DNA of 64,000 nt. Origin: Hormiphora californensis (Eukaryota > Animalia > Ctenophora). A program made the translations under genes and the position numbers. Location of the stretch: assembly GCA_020137815.1 (NCBI GenBank), contig CM035356.1:5394001-5458000 (forward strand), read 5' to 3'. Shown one piece after another: positions 32,678-45,000 of this stretch (positions are counted from its first letter, which is position 1; every line of letters starts with the position of its first letter). The notes beneath the pieces were generated by a model. The model did no database searches. It was not told where the DNA came from and was given only the letters and a program-made list of their open reading frames with translations.

Positions 32678-35600
32678 TCTCCCTATTACCTGTACTGCAG
32701 GCATGGCGGCTGGGATGCTTGTAGTTGGAGCTGGAAGGGTTGGGGGAGGAAGAAAGGCCGGGTTGATGTGGGCCACAGGCGCCGCCATTGGAGGAGGCAT
32801 AGGTTGGAAGGGCATCACTGAAAAATACTGACATTACTTATTATATGTAGTTACTACTAGGTTCCACTTATTCAATTAGAATTTTGAAAAACATGATCGG
32901 TTGCCACTAAAAACGTACTTGGTGGACGAGATATGGGAGGAGGCGGTAGCATGGGTGCCATTCCTACTGCCATCCCGACCGGGGGCGGAAGGGGCATGGG
33001 AGGGGGCAGGGGCATCCCCGGGGGCGGCATCCCACCCATCATGGGTGGCATGGGCGGCATTGCCCCATGTGGCGGAGGCAGGACATTTGGAGGCATCGGC
33101 ATGTGAGGTGGTATAGCTGGATCAAAACCTAGTGGGAGATTGGAGATGTTAGAAAAGACGTCTGAAAGAAGGATCTAGATGTTAATTTATAGTAGTTATG
33201 GGGCCTTGTTAATTAATTGATTGATTAATTAATGGGGGGGGGGGGGGCGGCTGAAGTTTTTGAAGTTTTTGAAGTCAACTTCAAAAACTTCAAAGAGAAA
33301 CTTAGGGTGGAAAACTTCAAAAACTTCAAAAACTTCAAAAACTCATATCTCCTAAACCGTTGGAGATAGGCCCTATGTTGCTTCATAACTCTTATATAAA
33401 CTTGCATATTCCGAACAAGATGTACCCCTTTAAAAAGCCTAAAGTCATTCATAAACCATTAAAACTGGTCTAGCCCAAAAAAGTCATGCGCACACACAAA
33501 ATTATGAAAATATCCCATTATCCCTCGAATTAGATGAGGTGGAGACTTCATTTTGGCACGTACCCCCACTAACTCGAGGCCGCTGATGATTTTGGTGTCC
33601 ATATTTTTTTCACTACTCCATTCATAAAAAAATTTGCATTTTGTGAAACTGGCAAAAGGGTGTGGCCCAAAAAAAAATTTTGAAAATTTGCTTCATAATT
33701 TTTAAACACTTTCTTAGCACTTTCTAGGCAATTTTTTGAGTTATAGAATGAAAATGAAATCTGTTTTTACAAAAAATTAAAATTTTTTACACCAAATTGT
33801 GCCATGGATTTCATGGCTAGGAATCATTGTAAATATCCTAATTTGTGGTAGAAAAAGGGCAGACAAGGACGAATAACTTTGCCACAATATGTATTAAGCA
33901 TGAAACTAACCTAAACAAGTGCAATAATAGTCACTGATAGCATATAAAAGTAGTTAGGGGTTTTTGAAGTTTTTGAAGTTTTTGAAGTCAACTTCAAAAA
34001 CTTCAAAAACTCAAAAAGTAGGGTGGAAAACTTCAAACTTCAAAAACTTCAGCCGGCCCCCCCCCCCTAATTAATTAGGGTATACCTTTGTGCTTGTGTT
34101 TATCATCGTTTTTGATTCCCAATGAAGTCTCAAAGTAGTAGAGGGGCGTCTTTGAAGCAATGGCCACGTAAGGGTGTTCGTTATGAATTGTACTGAAAAG
34201 AAAATAAGTTTTAATTATCGATAAACCATCAATTGTCTGTCACTAATTATCTGGGCTACCCGAGCTATCTAGATTATCCGGGATTGGTAGATCTCTAATC
34301 CTACTCACATGTTTCTCAGTTCATTAAGGAGCACCTTGGCACTTTCCACACTCCCCACATCAATCGCACAGTATCCCTTACTTTGTCCGTTCGTCCTGTT
34401 CTCATAGAATTTCACATTTAGCACATCCCGAATATTCACCCTGTTACAGGCTACTAGCACGTCCTGGTCCGTTGTCCACTGAGGAGAGAAGTGTTAAGTT
34501 GGTAACGTTACACCGATCCCAATTGCCAGCGCGTGAAGGTCGTAGAGGGGTTATTTGGTAACCAAACAGGGTGTGTGAAAGGTGTCGCAGCAGCACTCGG
34601 CCAAATCACTCTCTAAATTTTCCTGCATTTGGAGTCCATGTTTGTATGTTGGTCCAAGATTTGGACAAACAATAGTTTCTTGTCGGGCAGTTTCTCAACT
34701 TAGCAGCTTAGATCAAATAGGATCGGATTGAGATTTGGGACCAGTGCATTTAGTGACTGCGGTGTAGATAATGATGGTTGGTTGGTGAGTGCGGTTGATG
34801 CTGTTGTAAAGAGTGATGACGACGTTACGGGGGGGGGGGGGGGGGACTCAGGTTTAACGTGACCCCAATAACGACAAAGCGTCCAGTTAACTATTTCCCC
34901 CTTTATTTGAGACATATTTAGCCCCATGGTAACTGTATAAATTCACGTGCCTCTGACGTGCTTAACGACGTGACTTGGGTGGGCAGAAAGAATTAGTTTA
35001 TATTGTTTAACTAAGGTTGTGATCAGTTCCCAGTTTTACTTGTCATGGTTATCTTAGAAGTGAATCGTTCAAACAACTTCCCCGAATATTTGGAGTACTC
35101 AAATATTGGTATCAAGAGAAAAATAACCATTACCCAGTAAAACACAGAGGAGTAAAATAAAAAAACACCCTGTGGCATGTTTTATCTAGTTCCAAATATC
35201 TAGGACTAGTCGAAGTCGGATCCTGATTTACTGGCCGATTTACTGGCCACTTATTGATCGGGAGGCTAAACTTCCCCCCAATTTTCACCCCGATATATAC
35301 CAGGCCCTTTCCCCAGGGTCCAACTGTACGTGCGGCCCAAAAAAAACTAAGGGTACGTTGGCCTTCTTTTCTCCTAGGAATTTAATTTCAATCACTCTGA
35401 TATTTTGTCACAATATTTGTATGGTTACTCATTCGAGGAATCCAGAGTTTCAGCCCTCTGGATGAAAATTCATTTTTTCGCCCGAATGAACATTCAATGA
35501 ACGCCAAAACGGGACCATATTTTGGTACCAAAGTTTTACAAATTTGTTTGGCTATCGATTTTCTTTCGAACACCGACCAGTTTGAGCTTAATTGGATCAC

Positions 35601-37962
35601 CACAAGAATCACAGTGACCAGTTTACCAAGCCTAGGTTGGGTCATGTGATCCCCATCAAATTATGACGTGTTAGCAAGAGAACTTACATTCTAACCGACG
35701 CTGTTCGGTATACCGTCCTAATTAGCAGATGTGATACTGTATACGCGACCGTTACACCTGCTTATTGGCACTTATTAATGACGCTAGCGGTTCAATAGGG
35801 GTCACTTGACCGACCTAGTTCGGAAAAGTGGACACTGTGTCTCTTGTGGCGTCCAATTGAGCTAAAATTAGTCGCGTTTGAAGGAATCGTTACCCAAAGG
35901 CGATTGTGAAATTCCGGTTTGAATAGTTTTCTGTTTTCAAGTTCATTTAGGATTCATTCCAGTCGTAAAAATGAACTTTTAGATAGAGAGCCGAAATTCT
36001 GGCTAAACATCATCGCATCAAGTGTATGGCCGTACGAATTTTTAGCGCCTGAATTTACCAATTTCTTGTCAAAACGGGTTAAAATCGAAGTTTGGTAAAA
36101 ATGACCGTTTTTTAATCATTTATTCATCAACTAAACTTGATCCATTTTTAAATAAAACTCGGATTGCCATTTTTATATAGTTTACTCTAATGCATGTTGC
36201 TATTTTTAAGAATAAATCGAATTTAACCATGAGAAAACGTGGAAAAACCCGAAAAACGGGAAATTGGGTTCATTCATACTTCACACTTTTATGTTTTGAA
36301 ACTCCGGATTCCTCGAATGAGTAACCATACAAATATTGTGACAAAATATCAGAGTGATCGAAATAAAATTTCTGGGAGAAAAGAAGGCCAACGTACCCTT
36401 AGTTTTTTTTGGGCCACGCGGTAGATCTGTATAAGATACTAAGAGGAGCTCAATAAAAGATGATTACCCAGGTAAGGTTTCCCACGTAGACGGTCTTGCT
36501 CTTTGGGTCGTTAGGATCCACAAAGTGGTATTTGTTTTGTTGGGCAAAGGTATCCTGGGTCACATACGTAACTGGGGGATGGGAGGGATTATTAATTGGG
36601 TAAATAACTGGGGACGGGTGGGATTATTACACAACTGAGATGGGAGAAGGGCGGGATTATTTTTACATGAAAGTCCAAAACTATGGATGCGGAGAAGTAG
36701 AAAAAGAAAAAGGGATGAGAGGGTAGAGATGAGGTAATGGGCGAGTAGTGGGGATTTAATGTCATATTATTTAAAAAGAGAACACGAATTTTTCTGTTTA
36801 TAGCTTTGACGTTCAAGTTTCAACAAGAACTAGCTAGATCTTGAGAACAAATTAAAGGGTTTTTATTGCAATATAACCCCTAAATTTGTCTAGATCGTCC
36901 CTCTAGCTCTGCCGACGCCCTATTATCGGAGTTGTATTGCAACAAAAAGCCCTCGAATATACGTGTTTTTGAAATAAAAATTGCATTAAATCCCCCCAAA
37001 AGGCAAAATCTCCTATGTAGATTTTTTGGTCTAGTCTTAATTCTTATAGAACATGAAAACATGAGAACTTCCCACTGTTCTAAAATCTCTCTCTCTCTCT
37101 TACCTCCGGTGTTGGTAGGAAATGTAGCAGGTTTTACATCCGGTTGAGGCTGTTGAGGTTCCACCTAAAAACAGGAAGTGTGAGTTTGAATAACAAAAAA
37201 CAGCTTCAACAAACAATAATACAACACAAAGTTTTGTCTGACTTGCACCCGAATTTTCTTTGCTTTCTGTCAGAACTCAGAGAACATTGAAGAATGGTCG
37301 GGTACAAATACTAGACATGTGATATGGTATTAAGCTTACCGGGGTGGATTTCAAGCGCTCTCATCCCGAGCATCGGTCACCAAAATTATCCCAATTAAAT
37401 TAATTAAATACTCTCAGATTATTATACAAATCATCAATTTCTCTCACAGAGCCCAAAAAGTTTACAATGTGATAAATATAAACTTTACACAATCGGGAAT
37501 TAAAGAAGAAAAAAACAGAAACGATCGGAGGTCGGGCATTGAATGGCTAACACTATATCTTTCTCGCAGAGGTGTGATCCTGAGAGCAGGTTGTTATTAA
37601 ACCCAGGGGGGAGAGAGAGAGGGAAATATATGTTGTGAACAACTACAGGGTGGTTCAAATTGTGAATTGGTGCTCCGTTCTCTACGATGGAGCACCACTG
37701 TCAGAAGGTCCAACATTCTGAACCGCCCTGTAATGAATGTGATATACCTGCTGATGAAGACACACAGATGATATATTGGAGGATATCACATACCTTTGGG
37801 GTAGTAACGGGTGGTGGTGGCATGGCGGCCATTGGAGGAGGCATCATCATGGGTGGAGGTTGGAGGGTCGGCGGGGGCTCCAACTTTATAGGCTGGAAGG
37901 AAGCGGGGGGTGTTAGAACTTTGAAGGGGCTCCAACTTTATCGGCTGGAAAATGGAAATAGG

Positions 37963-38001
<39 letters not shown>

Positions 38002-38729
38002 GGGGGGGGGGGGGGGGGGGGGGGTTTTTTTTTTTTTTTTATTTTGTTTTCTTTGTTTTGGTTTTTTTTTTTTTCTTTTTTTGTTTTTTTTTTTTTTTTT
38101 TTTTTTTTTGTTTTTTTTTTTTTTTTCATTTCTTTTTTCTTTGGGGGGGTTCCAACTTTATCGGCTGGAAATAGGGGGGGGGGGGGGTGTTAGGAGGGGG
38201 TCGGTGGGGGCTCCAACTTTATCGGCTGGAAAATGGAAATAGGGGGGGGGGGTGTTAGTAGGGGGCGGTGGGGGCTCCAACTTTATCGGCTGGAAATAGG
38301 GGGGGTGTTAGTAGGGGTCGGTGGGGGCTTCAACTTTATCGGCTGGAAATAGGGGGGGGGTGTTAGTAGGGGTCGGTGGGGGTTCCAACTTTATCGGCTG
38401 GAAGGAAGCGGGGGGGGGGGGTGTTAGTAGGGGGTCGGTGGGGGTTCCAACTTTATCGGCTGGAAATAGGGGGGGGGGGTGTTAGTAGGGGGTCGGTGGG
38501 GGCTCCAACTTTATCGGCTGGAAATAGGAGGGGGGTGTTAGTAGGGGGTCGGTGGGGGCTCCAACTTTATCGGCTGGAAAAAGTGGAGGGGGTATAAAGG
38601 GGAAGGAAGATAGGGAAGACCCAAAAACCTAAGTGTAGCACTTACTGCAGCAGCTAGAGCAGCCGGGTTGACATTCAGCTCGGTAGCAAGACCATCTCCA
38701 TACAGATCAATATCATCCAATGTCGCCAT
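27339..38729 (-). CDS. CPSF6: Cleavage factor Im 68-kDa subunit (CPSF6/7 family), multi-exon
   Basis: MATLDDIDLY start; RRM VYVGNLTW|WTTDQD...KFYENRTNGQSKGY; Pro-rich exons; helical domain MIAKNHQVCKTAILRA..DYDQAEGTVAAALKIIKMSAVSDDPKSK; RS/RD tail; GT-AG boundaries. Confidence 0.92.
27866..28619. mobile_element. MITE with GG..CC termini and 8-bp TSD (Merlin-like)
   Basis: TSD gaactatt on both sides; TIR ggggggtacgtcacc. Confidence 0.85.
28791..29637 (-). repeat. ~39-bp minisatellite containing a CPSF6 3' splice site
   Basis: ~21 copies of (minus strand) ccactaatttataattctcccccacCAG|gtgacta. Confidence 0.92.
29907..33433. other. 1.1-kb direct duplication (29907-31011 and 32318-33433) including two CPSF6 exons; probably two haplotypes assembled in tandem
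   Basis: Near-identical copies; the first ends at a TTAA followed by an insertion, the second has the empty TTAA; garbled junction at ~32160-32330. Confidence 0.8.
31012..32300. mobile_element. Foldback MITE inserted at TTAA with a GG terminus (Kolobok-like)
   Basis: ttaa|gggtacgctaacc...; internal palindrome ~31250-32160; degraded right TIR. Confidence 0.7.
33234..34067. mobile_element. MITE with G/C-run termini, 9-bp subterminal repeats and 8-bp TSD taattaat
   Basis: gggg..ggctgaagtttttgaag / cttcaaaaacttcagccggcccc. Confidence 0.78.
35327..36423. mobile_element. TA-flanked MITE, same family as 50165-52086 in the opposite orientation
   Basis: TIR ggcccaaaaaaaactaagggtacgttggcc; interior shared with the 50-52 kb copy. 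Confidence 0.75.
37866..38580 (-). repeat. ~55-62-bp minisatellite containing branch point TACTAAC, a C tract, CAG and ~28 nt of CPSF6 exon 2
   Basis: ~10 copies of cctactaacaccc..tatttcCAG|ccgataaagttggagcccc; partly garbled at 37950-38150. Confidence 0.88.
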
Positions 38730-39026
38730 GGCTAATGGGAAGAGAGTATTAATATAATGAGTATAATTGAGTGTTATACAGGGGAGTGTATGAAAATGTA
38801 CTCATACAGATGAATGTATGAAAATGTATTCGGCATTGTACTCGCAGGTTGGCGCGCGGGAGTTTGGTGCGCGTTTCATTACGACAAACTCTCCGCGCGT
38901 TACTGCGTACTGACCTCCAAACTGTACCACACTGTCCCACAAACAAAACGGCTGCATTTTACAGTGGAAATAATTGAGAAAATTTAAAAAGAATACTGAA
39001 AATAATTTAATGTATCACATGCACAT

Positions 39027-42000
39027 TCACGCATTTGAGGGTCCAGCAACCTCAGATTGAAGTGCCAGTAATTCCTCAGTCACGGAGACCTCTAAATCAT
39101 CCTCACACTCACAATCCTCAATCTGAGTTCCATCTCTCAATTTCACCATCGAATACGACTGTGGTGAATTGACATCGTGAAACTTAGTGATATGTGTGAG
39201 TAACGCTTGTTTAGTTCGGAATGTACACGAACACTTGGTGCACCTAACCACTTCACTAGGCAAGTTTTGCAGGTCACTATGCTCCTGGGCAACATGTCGC
39301 TTCATCGCGACAAGAGAGGGAAATTCCTGGAAACAGTGCCTGCACATCTTTTCTTCAATTGTCTCTGCATGCACAATTCGGTATGAAATAGTTTTATCCG
39401 CGGCCGGTTGAGGACCCCTCTTATTAGTTCCATCAGTAACGTGTGCTAACATTTTATGTTTCTTGAAACTTGCCATAGTGTTGAAAATATCTCGACAGTC
39501 GTCTATCGCACAAACAACCCTCATGTTATCGTGCACAAACTTCTTGTGTTCGGTGAGTGTTTGGGGCCGTTTGAACCTTTTATTGCACTGATCGCACTGT
39601 GGGGGAGAGAGAGGGTGGAGATAATTAGGGGGGGGGGGGGGGTAATGGTGGGTCGACAATCACAATCTGTGGAAGCGGTCCAGCAACATTGAATAACTCT
39701 TATATTGTACTAACGGGGTATCCAGGCTCAGTAACATGGTTGTTCTGATGGTGAATGGTCAACTCCCACTTAAAACTGAATTCCTTCTCACACAGACAGC
39801 ACCGGTGGTTCTTCTCTGTTCTATGTTTTGTCTGGGGTGGACAATGGGATTAGTAAGGTGGTGGACAATGGGATTAGTAAATAAAAACAAAATAGACCCC
39901 TCGCCATGCCAGACAGAACGACCACGCCCCGCTCCAGAAGTGACTCCTACCCGCTGCCCCATCACCAAATTCAACGGACCAAACTCACTAGAATGTATCA
40001 CGCCCCAAACTTCACTAGAATGTATCACGCCCCCAAATTCACTAAAATGTATCACGCCCCCAAATTCACTAGAATGTATCACGCCCCCAAACTCACTAGA
40101 ATATGGCGTCGGAGGCTGTTGTAACGGTAGAAGTCTGCCCCACAGTGTATACAAATGCACCTCTCGTCTTGTTGATGTACACGTTGTATGTGTTTTATAA
40201 GGGTGTCCTCTCTCACAAACAACTTCCCACAATACGGACACTGAAATAGATATATGGGGTAGCAATATATGAACACTGAAATAGATATATGGGGATAGCA
40301 ATATATATATATATATGGAAACTGTAATAGATATATGGGGATAGCAATATGGACACTGTAGTAGATATTATATATAGGGATAGCAATGTGGACACTGAAA
40401 TAGATGGGGGATAGCAATATGGACACTAAAATATATATATATATGGGGATAGCAATATATGGACACTGATAGTGGAATTCAGTTATAGAATGTGGGGGGG
40501 GGGGGTAGAAATTTAGTAATACAGAAGATGATCGGGGGGAGTAAAAATTCGAGTTGGGGCCGGGGTAGGCCCCAGACATTCTTGAAAATTCGGAAGTTTT
40601 CCATTCAACTTACCTTGACTCTTTTAAGAATAACAGCATGTTTTTCTTTCCTATGTCGTTTGAGATTATATTCACAGTTGTATACATAACCGCAGTCTTC
40701 ACAAGGAAATACACCTATCTTTCTACCAATTCTAGTGGGGGATGGGGTGTTAGGAAATACACCTATCTTTCTACCAATTCTAGAGGGGGATGGGGTGTTA
40801 GGAAATACACCTATCTTTCTACAAATTCTAGAGGGGGATGGGGTGTTAGGAAATACACCTATCTTTCTACCAATTCTAGAGGGGGATGGGGTGTTAGGAA
40901 ATACACCTATCTTTCTACCAATTCTAGAGGGGGAGAGGTCCAATAAAATGAATTGTTTACTAAAAACATTGGCCATATTTCCAATTATATTCCCACTCCC
41001 ACTCACTCTGACACAGTAGTCCCCCCAAAAAGGTGTTTTCTGACATGTTCAATATTGTTCTGATAGATCGTCTGGAACTCTTCTAATGGTAGTACCACCC
41101 AACTATCAAACTTCCCATCTTGTTCGGTGATCTTCACATACGGTGAACCTGTTGAGAGAACATGGTGTAATATTGGGATTGTACCTTGGTACAGTCGGAC
41201 CCCGATTTAGTGGCCCCCGATTTAGTGGCACCCCGATTTAGTGGCAGGATTTTCCCCCCGAGGATGCCACTAGATCGGGGTCCGACTGTATATTGATCAG
41301 CCAATTGAGTTTGAACGAGCGTGAGAAAAAGTGGTTTAGTCTTTGCAATCCTGTAGGTAGTAGCTAGCGAGAGATATATGTATCTGAATGACTGTACACA
41401 AATATATGTTCTGTTTAGGTGAATATCAAGATTGAGGTAGTGAGGGAATGATCAAGTTTTGTTGTATTACAGGAACCGACCGAATCAGGAAATACTGGTC
41501 CCTGATTGGCTGATAACCAGTCACGTGACCTAAATAACGAGTTCTGATTGGTTGTTTACTTGTTTTGGTCGGTCCCTGTTGTATTACCTAGATCATGAAC
41601 ACCTTCCTTTACGGCGGACTGGTCGATAAAGCTGGCGGGTCCATTATGAGACACCAATATAGCTGACTGTACACCCAATCCTTCCTTCTCCGGTCTGACC
41701 TCAGGTTCCATTTCTCTCTAAAAACTAAAATTTGAATTGTGACAAAAGTAAAAGTTGGATTTGAACAGGTAATAAAAACAATAGTTGTTTATGAATCGAT
41801 CGAGGTAAAAAAGCAATGATGAACAAATCATGGGACACATAATATTATCATTAAATCTCTCACGAATACTCTTCAGAAGCTGGAAAGGCAGCATCGACAT
41901 CAGTCTGCGATATAAACTCAGTTAAACTAATCTCAGTCATGTCCATGTCCTCATCCCTATCACCACGTCCCTGTCCCCCAGCCCTCACTTCCCCAACCCT

Positions 42001-45000
42001 CGTATTGTCATGAAATTTCTCCACATGCCTAGCGTATGTCTCATGCGTCAAGAACTTGTTGCCACATAGTTCACACGAGTATTTGTATTCTTGAAACTCG
42101 TCTGGAGGTTTACTGTGCATCTTCTCAACGTGCTTGTATAGGTTGCTTTGAATGTTGAAGGTAACGTTGCAGTATGAGCAAATAAAGACGGGTTTGTCCC
42201 TGTTGGTGTTGATGTTCCGGTTACTTCGTCTTGAGGTGGCAGTAGGGTGGAAACGGGCACCATGCCTCTTGTAGGCGTCCAGACTATGTGGGAGGGGGAT
42301 AGTGTTATCAAGGGAATGCACCAGAATGTACAATTGAATTGTAAAATGGATAGTGAAAGCTCTCACGACCGTGGGAAAATAGAGATAGATAGAAATACTA
42401 AGAGAGAGAAATTTCTCTCTCTTAGTATTTCTATCTATCTCTCTTTTCCCACGGTCGTGGGAATACCGTAAGAGCTTCCACTAGGAGGGTTTACCCGGGA
42501 TTACCTCTTTCTCCGACTTCCATGACTCAAGGTAATACCTCTATTGTACAATTCAATTGTGCATTCCCTTTGACGTCTCAAATTGTAAACGTCCAAAACA
42601 AATTTCAATTACTCAAATAAAAACCAACCCACTTATCCTGCTCCTCTTTCTTACCTTCCCAGGTATGTATCACACTCCGTACACTTGTACTTGCTATTCT
42701 CATGTACTGCCAGTTGGTGCCGGTCCAGTGATCTGGCGCATTTGAACTTCATATCACAGAGGGTACACGGGTATCCCCTTGCTTCAGAGTGGCAGTTCTG
42801 AATGTGCGGCTCTACCTGACAGAGGGTGTTGTGATATTAATGTTGCCTTGATTCTCTCTCACCACGTGTGTCGTGTAAACTGTAAGTAGAACATAACAAG
42901 GGAAATAAACTAAACAATAAACAACACCAACCTCAAACGAATAAATGAAGGACTTTTCACAGTAATCACACTTATACTTCTTCTCCCGCGTGTGTTGGGA
43001 CACTATGTGACGCTGGAGAGTGTTCTTCCGGGCGAAACCCCGGTAACAGTGTGGGCAGTTGAATGTCTCCCCTCCATCGTGGAGGAGCTTGTAGTGCCGT
43101 TTTAGGTTGTCATTCCGGGTGAACCCTGCATAGCACTCTGTGCACCTGAACTAGAGGGGGGTGGGGGCATGAAGGGTGGGGTGGGGTGAACCCTGCATAG
43201 CACTCAGTGCACCTGAACTGGTGGGGGGGGGGCATGAAGGGTGGGGTGGGGGAGTGGGGGTAAACCCTGCATAGCACTCTGTGCACCTGAACTGGTGGGG
43301 GGGGGGGTAGGGGGAGTGGGGGTGACCCTGCATAGGCCATAGCACTCTGTGCACCTGAACTGGGGGAGTGGGGGTGAGGGGGAGTGGGGGTGGGGTTAGT
43401 GGGGGAGTGGGGGTGAACCCTGCATAGCACTCCGTGCACCTGAACTGAAGGATGGGGGGGGTGGAGGCAGGGGGAGTGGGGGTGAACCCTGCATAGCACT
43501 CTGTGCACCTGAACTGGGGGGCTAGTGGGGGTAAGGGGAGTGGGTGTGAACCCTGCATAGCACTCCGTGCATCTGAACTGGTGGGGGGTGAGGGCGGGGG
43601 GGTATTAGTTATGAAGGGGTGGGGAGGGTGACAAAATAGCAGTTATTAGTGTGTGAGTTTTAAAAACTGACAGATCTAAGTCTGTTGATATTTTGCTCTT
43701 GAAGTAGAGGTAGCTAAGATATATTTCGCAATCTCAATAACTCTTTGGTGATACCTAGAACAATGTTGCAAAATGTTATACCTGATGGTCGATGGAACTT
43801 CGTTCTTTCCTCCCCTTTGCTGGTATAAACAACTTCCCAGCGCCCAACTGAGCTGATGGTGAGGGCTCCACTACCACATCCGCCTCCACCTCCTCCTCCG
43901 CAGGTGTGGTATCTTCTGCTCGGAGTTTTAGGGGGAACGCCTCTATCTTAGATTGCCCATACATTTCAAGAACTTTCTCTCTGATCTTTTCCCGTGATAC
44001 GTTTACCTGGCGGAGATAGTAAAGAGTTTAAAACAAGGAGACAATAATAATGATTTATGATATGACGCCCTAACCCAAAAGTCTGAGAGTAGACTTGGAG
44101 TCCAAATTTTTAGGAGAAATATGACTTGTAAACCTCTGCTGTGCCAACCTTGAGGGGCTGGTTTCACCGTCCGCGGCATCATGATGATTGGAGTGGGGGC
44201 CACTGGGTGACCTCCAAACTGGTCTCGCGTGTGTCATCAGGAGCCTACGCTGAGATCATTGTAGACTTCACCTATCGTCGAGCTGTCCTCAATATGGAAG
44301 ATCACCGTAAACCCCTCTACATCGGAACATACGTTGATGATTCGAACTCACTATGGAGAACACCCGAAGACGCCCAGATGTTCCTTCGAAAGCTGAACAA
44401 CGTATGGGGAGAAGGACAACTATCCTTCACAATAGAGGAACCAAGGAACCGCACCATCGCCTTTCTTGACCTCTCAATCACCATCACCAAGGAGGGAAAC
44501 ATTACCCACCAAATGTTCCAGAAGGAGACACACTCAGGTGCATACCTCCCGTTCTCCTCCCATTGTGAGATGAAAACCAAGCTCAACATCATCTCCACAG
44601 AAACCAGGAGAGTGCTTAGTCTCTGTTCCAGTATCGATCTGGCATGGCCACATCTGGAGACACTCCGTCAAAACCTGGTGAAGTCAGGCTACCCCCTCAC
44701 CCGTGTCACCACCACCATCAGCGAGGAAGTAAGCAAGCACAAGCACACCACCACACACTCAACCCCACCCACACAGCCATCACCGTCCAACCCCACCTCC
44801 CCCCTTCCCTCTCCCCCACCCCATCCCCCCTCCCCTAACCCAGCACCGGACCCCAAGTTCGTTCTCAAGATACCCTACGTGAACGAGGCCCTAACTCGCA
44901 AGTTCAAGTCCAGTGTAGCCAGAACCGGCATACCCATCCGGGTAGTCACCACATCTGGAAGGACGGTGAAAAGCGAGGTAAAAGCCGCGCTCTGCCGGAA

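Noticed and set aside
43118-43582. CRISPR-like look: constant ~36-bp repeat with variable spacers (also 19410-19610 and 37866-38580)
   Set aside because: Spacers are related G/C-run variants, the repeat equals host exon sequence, there are no cas genes and the context is eukaryotic
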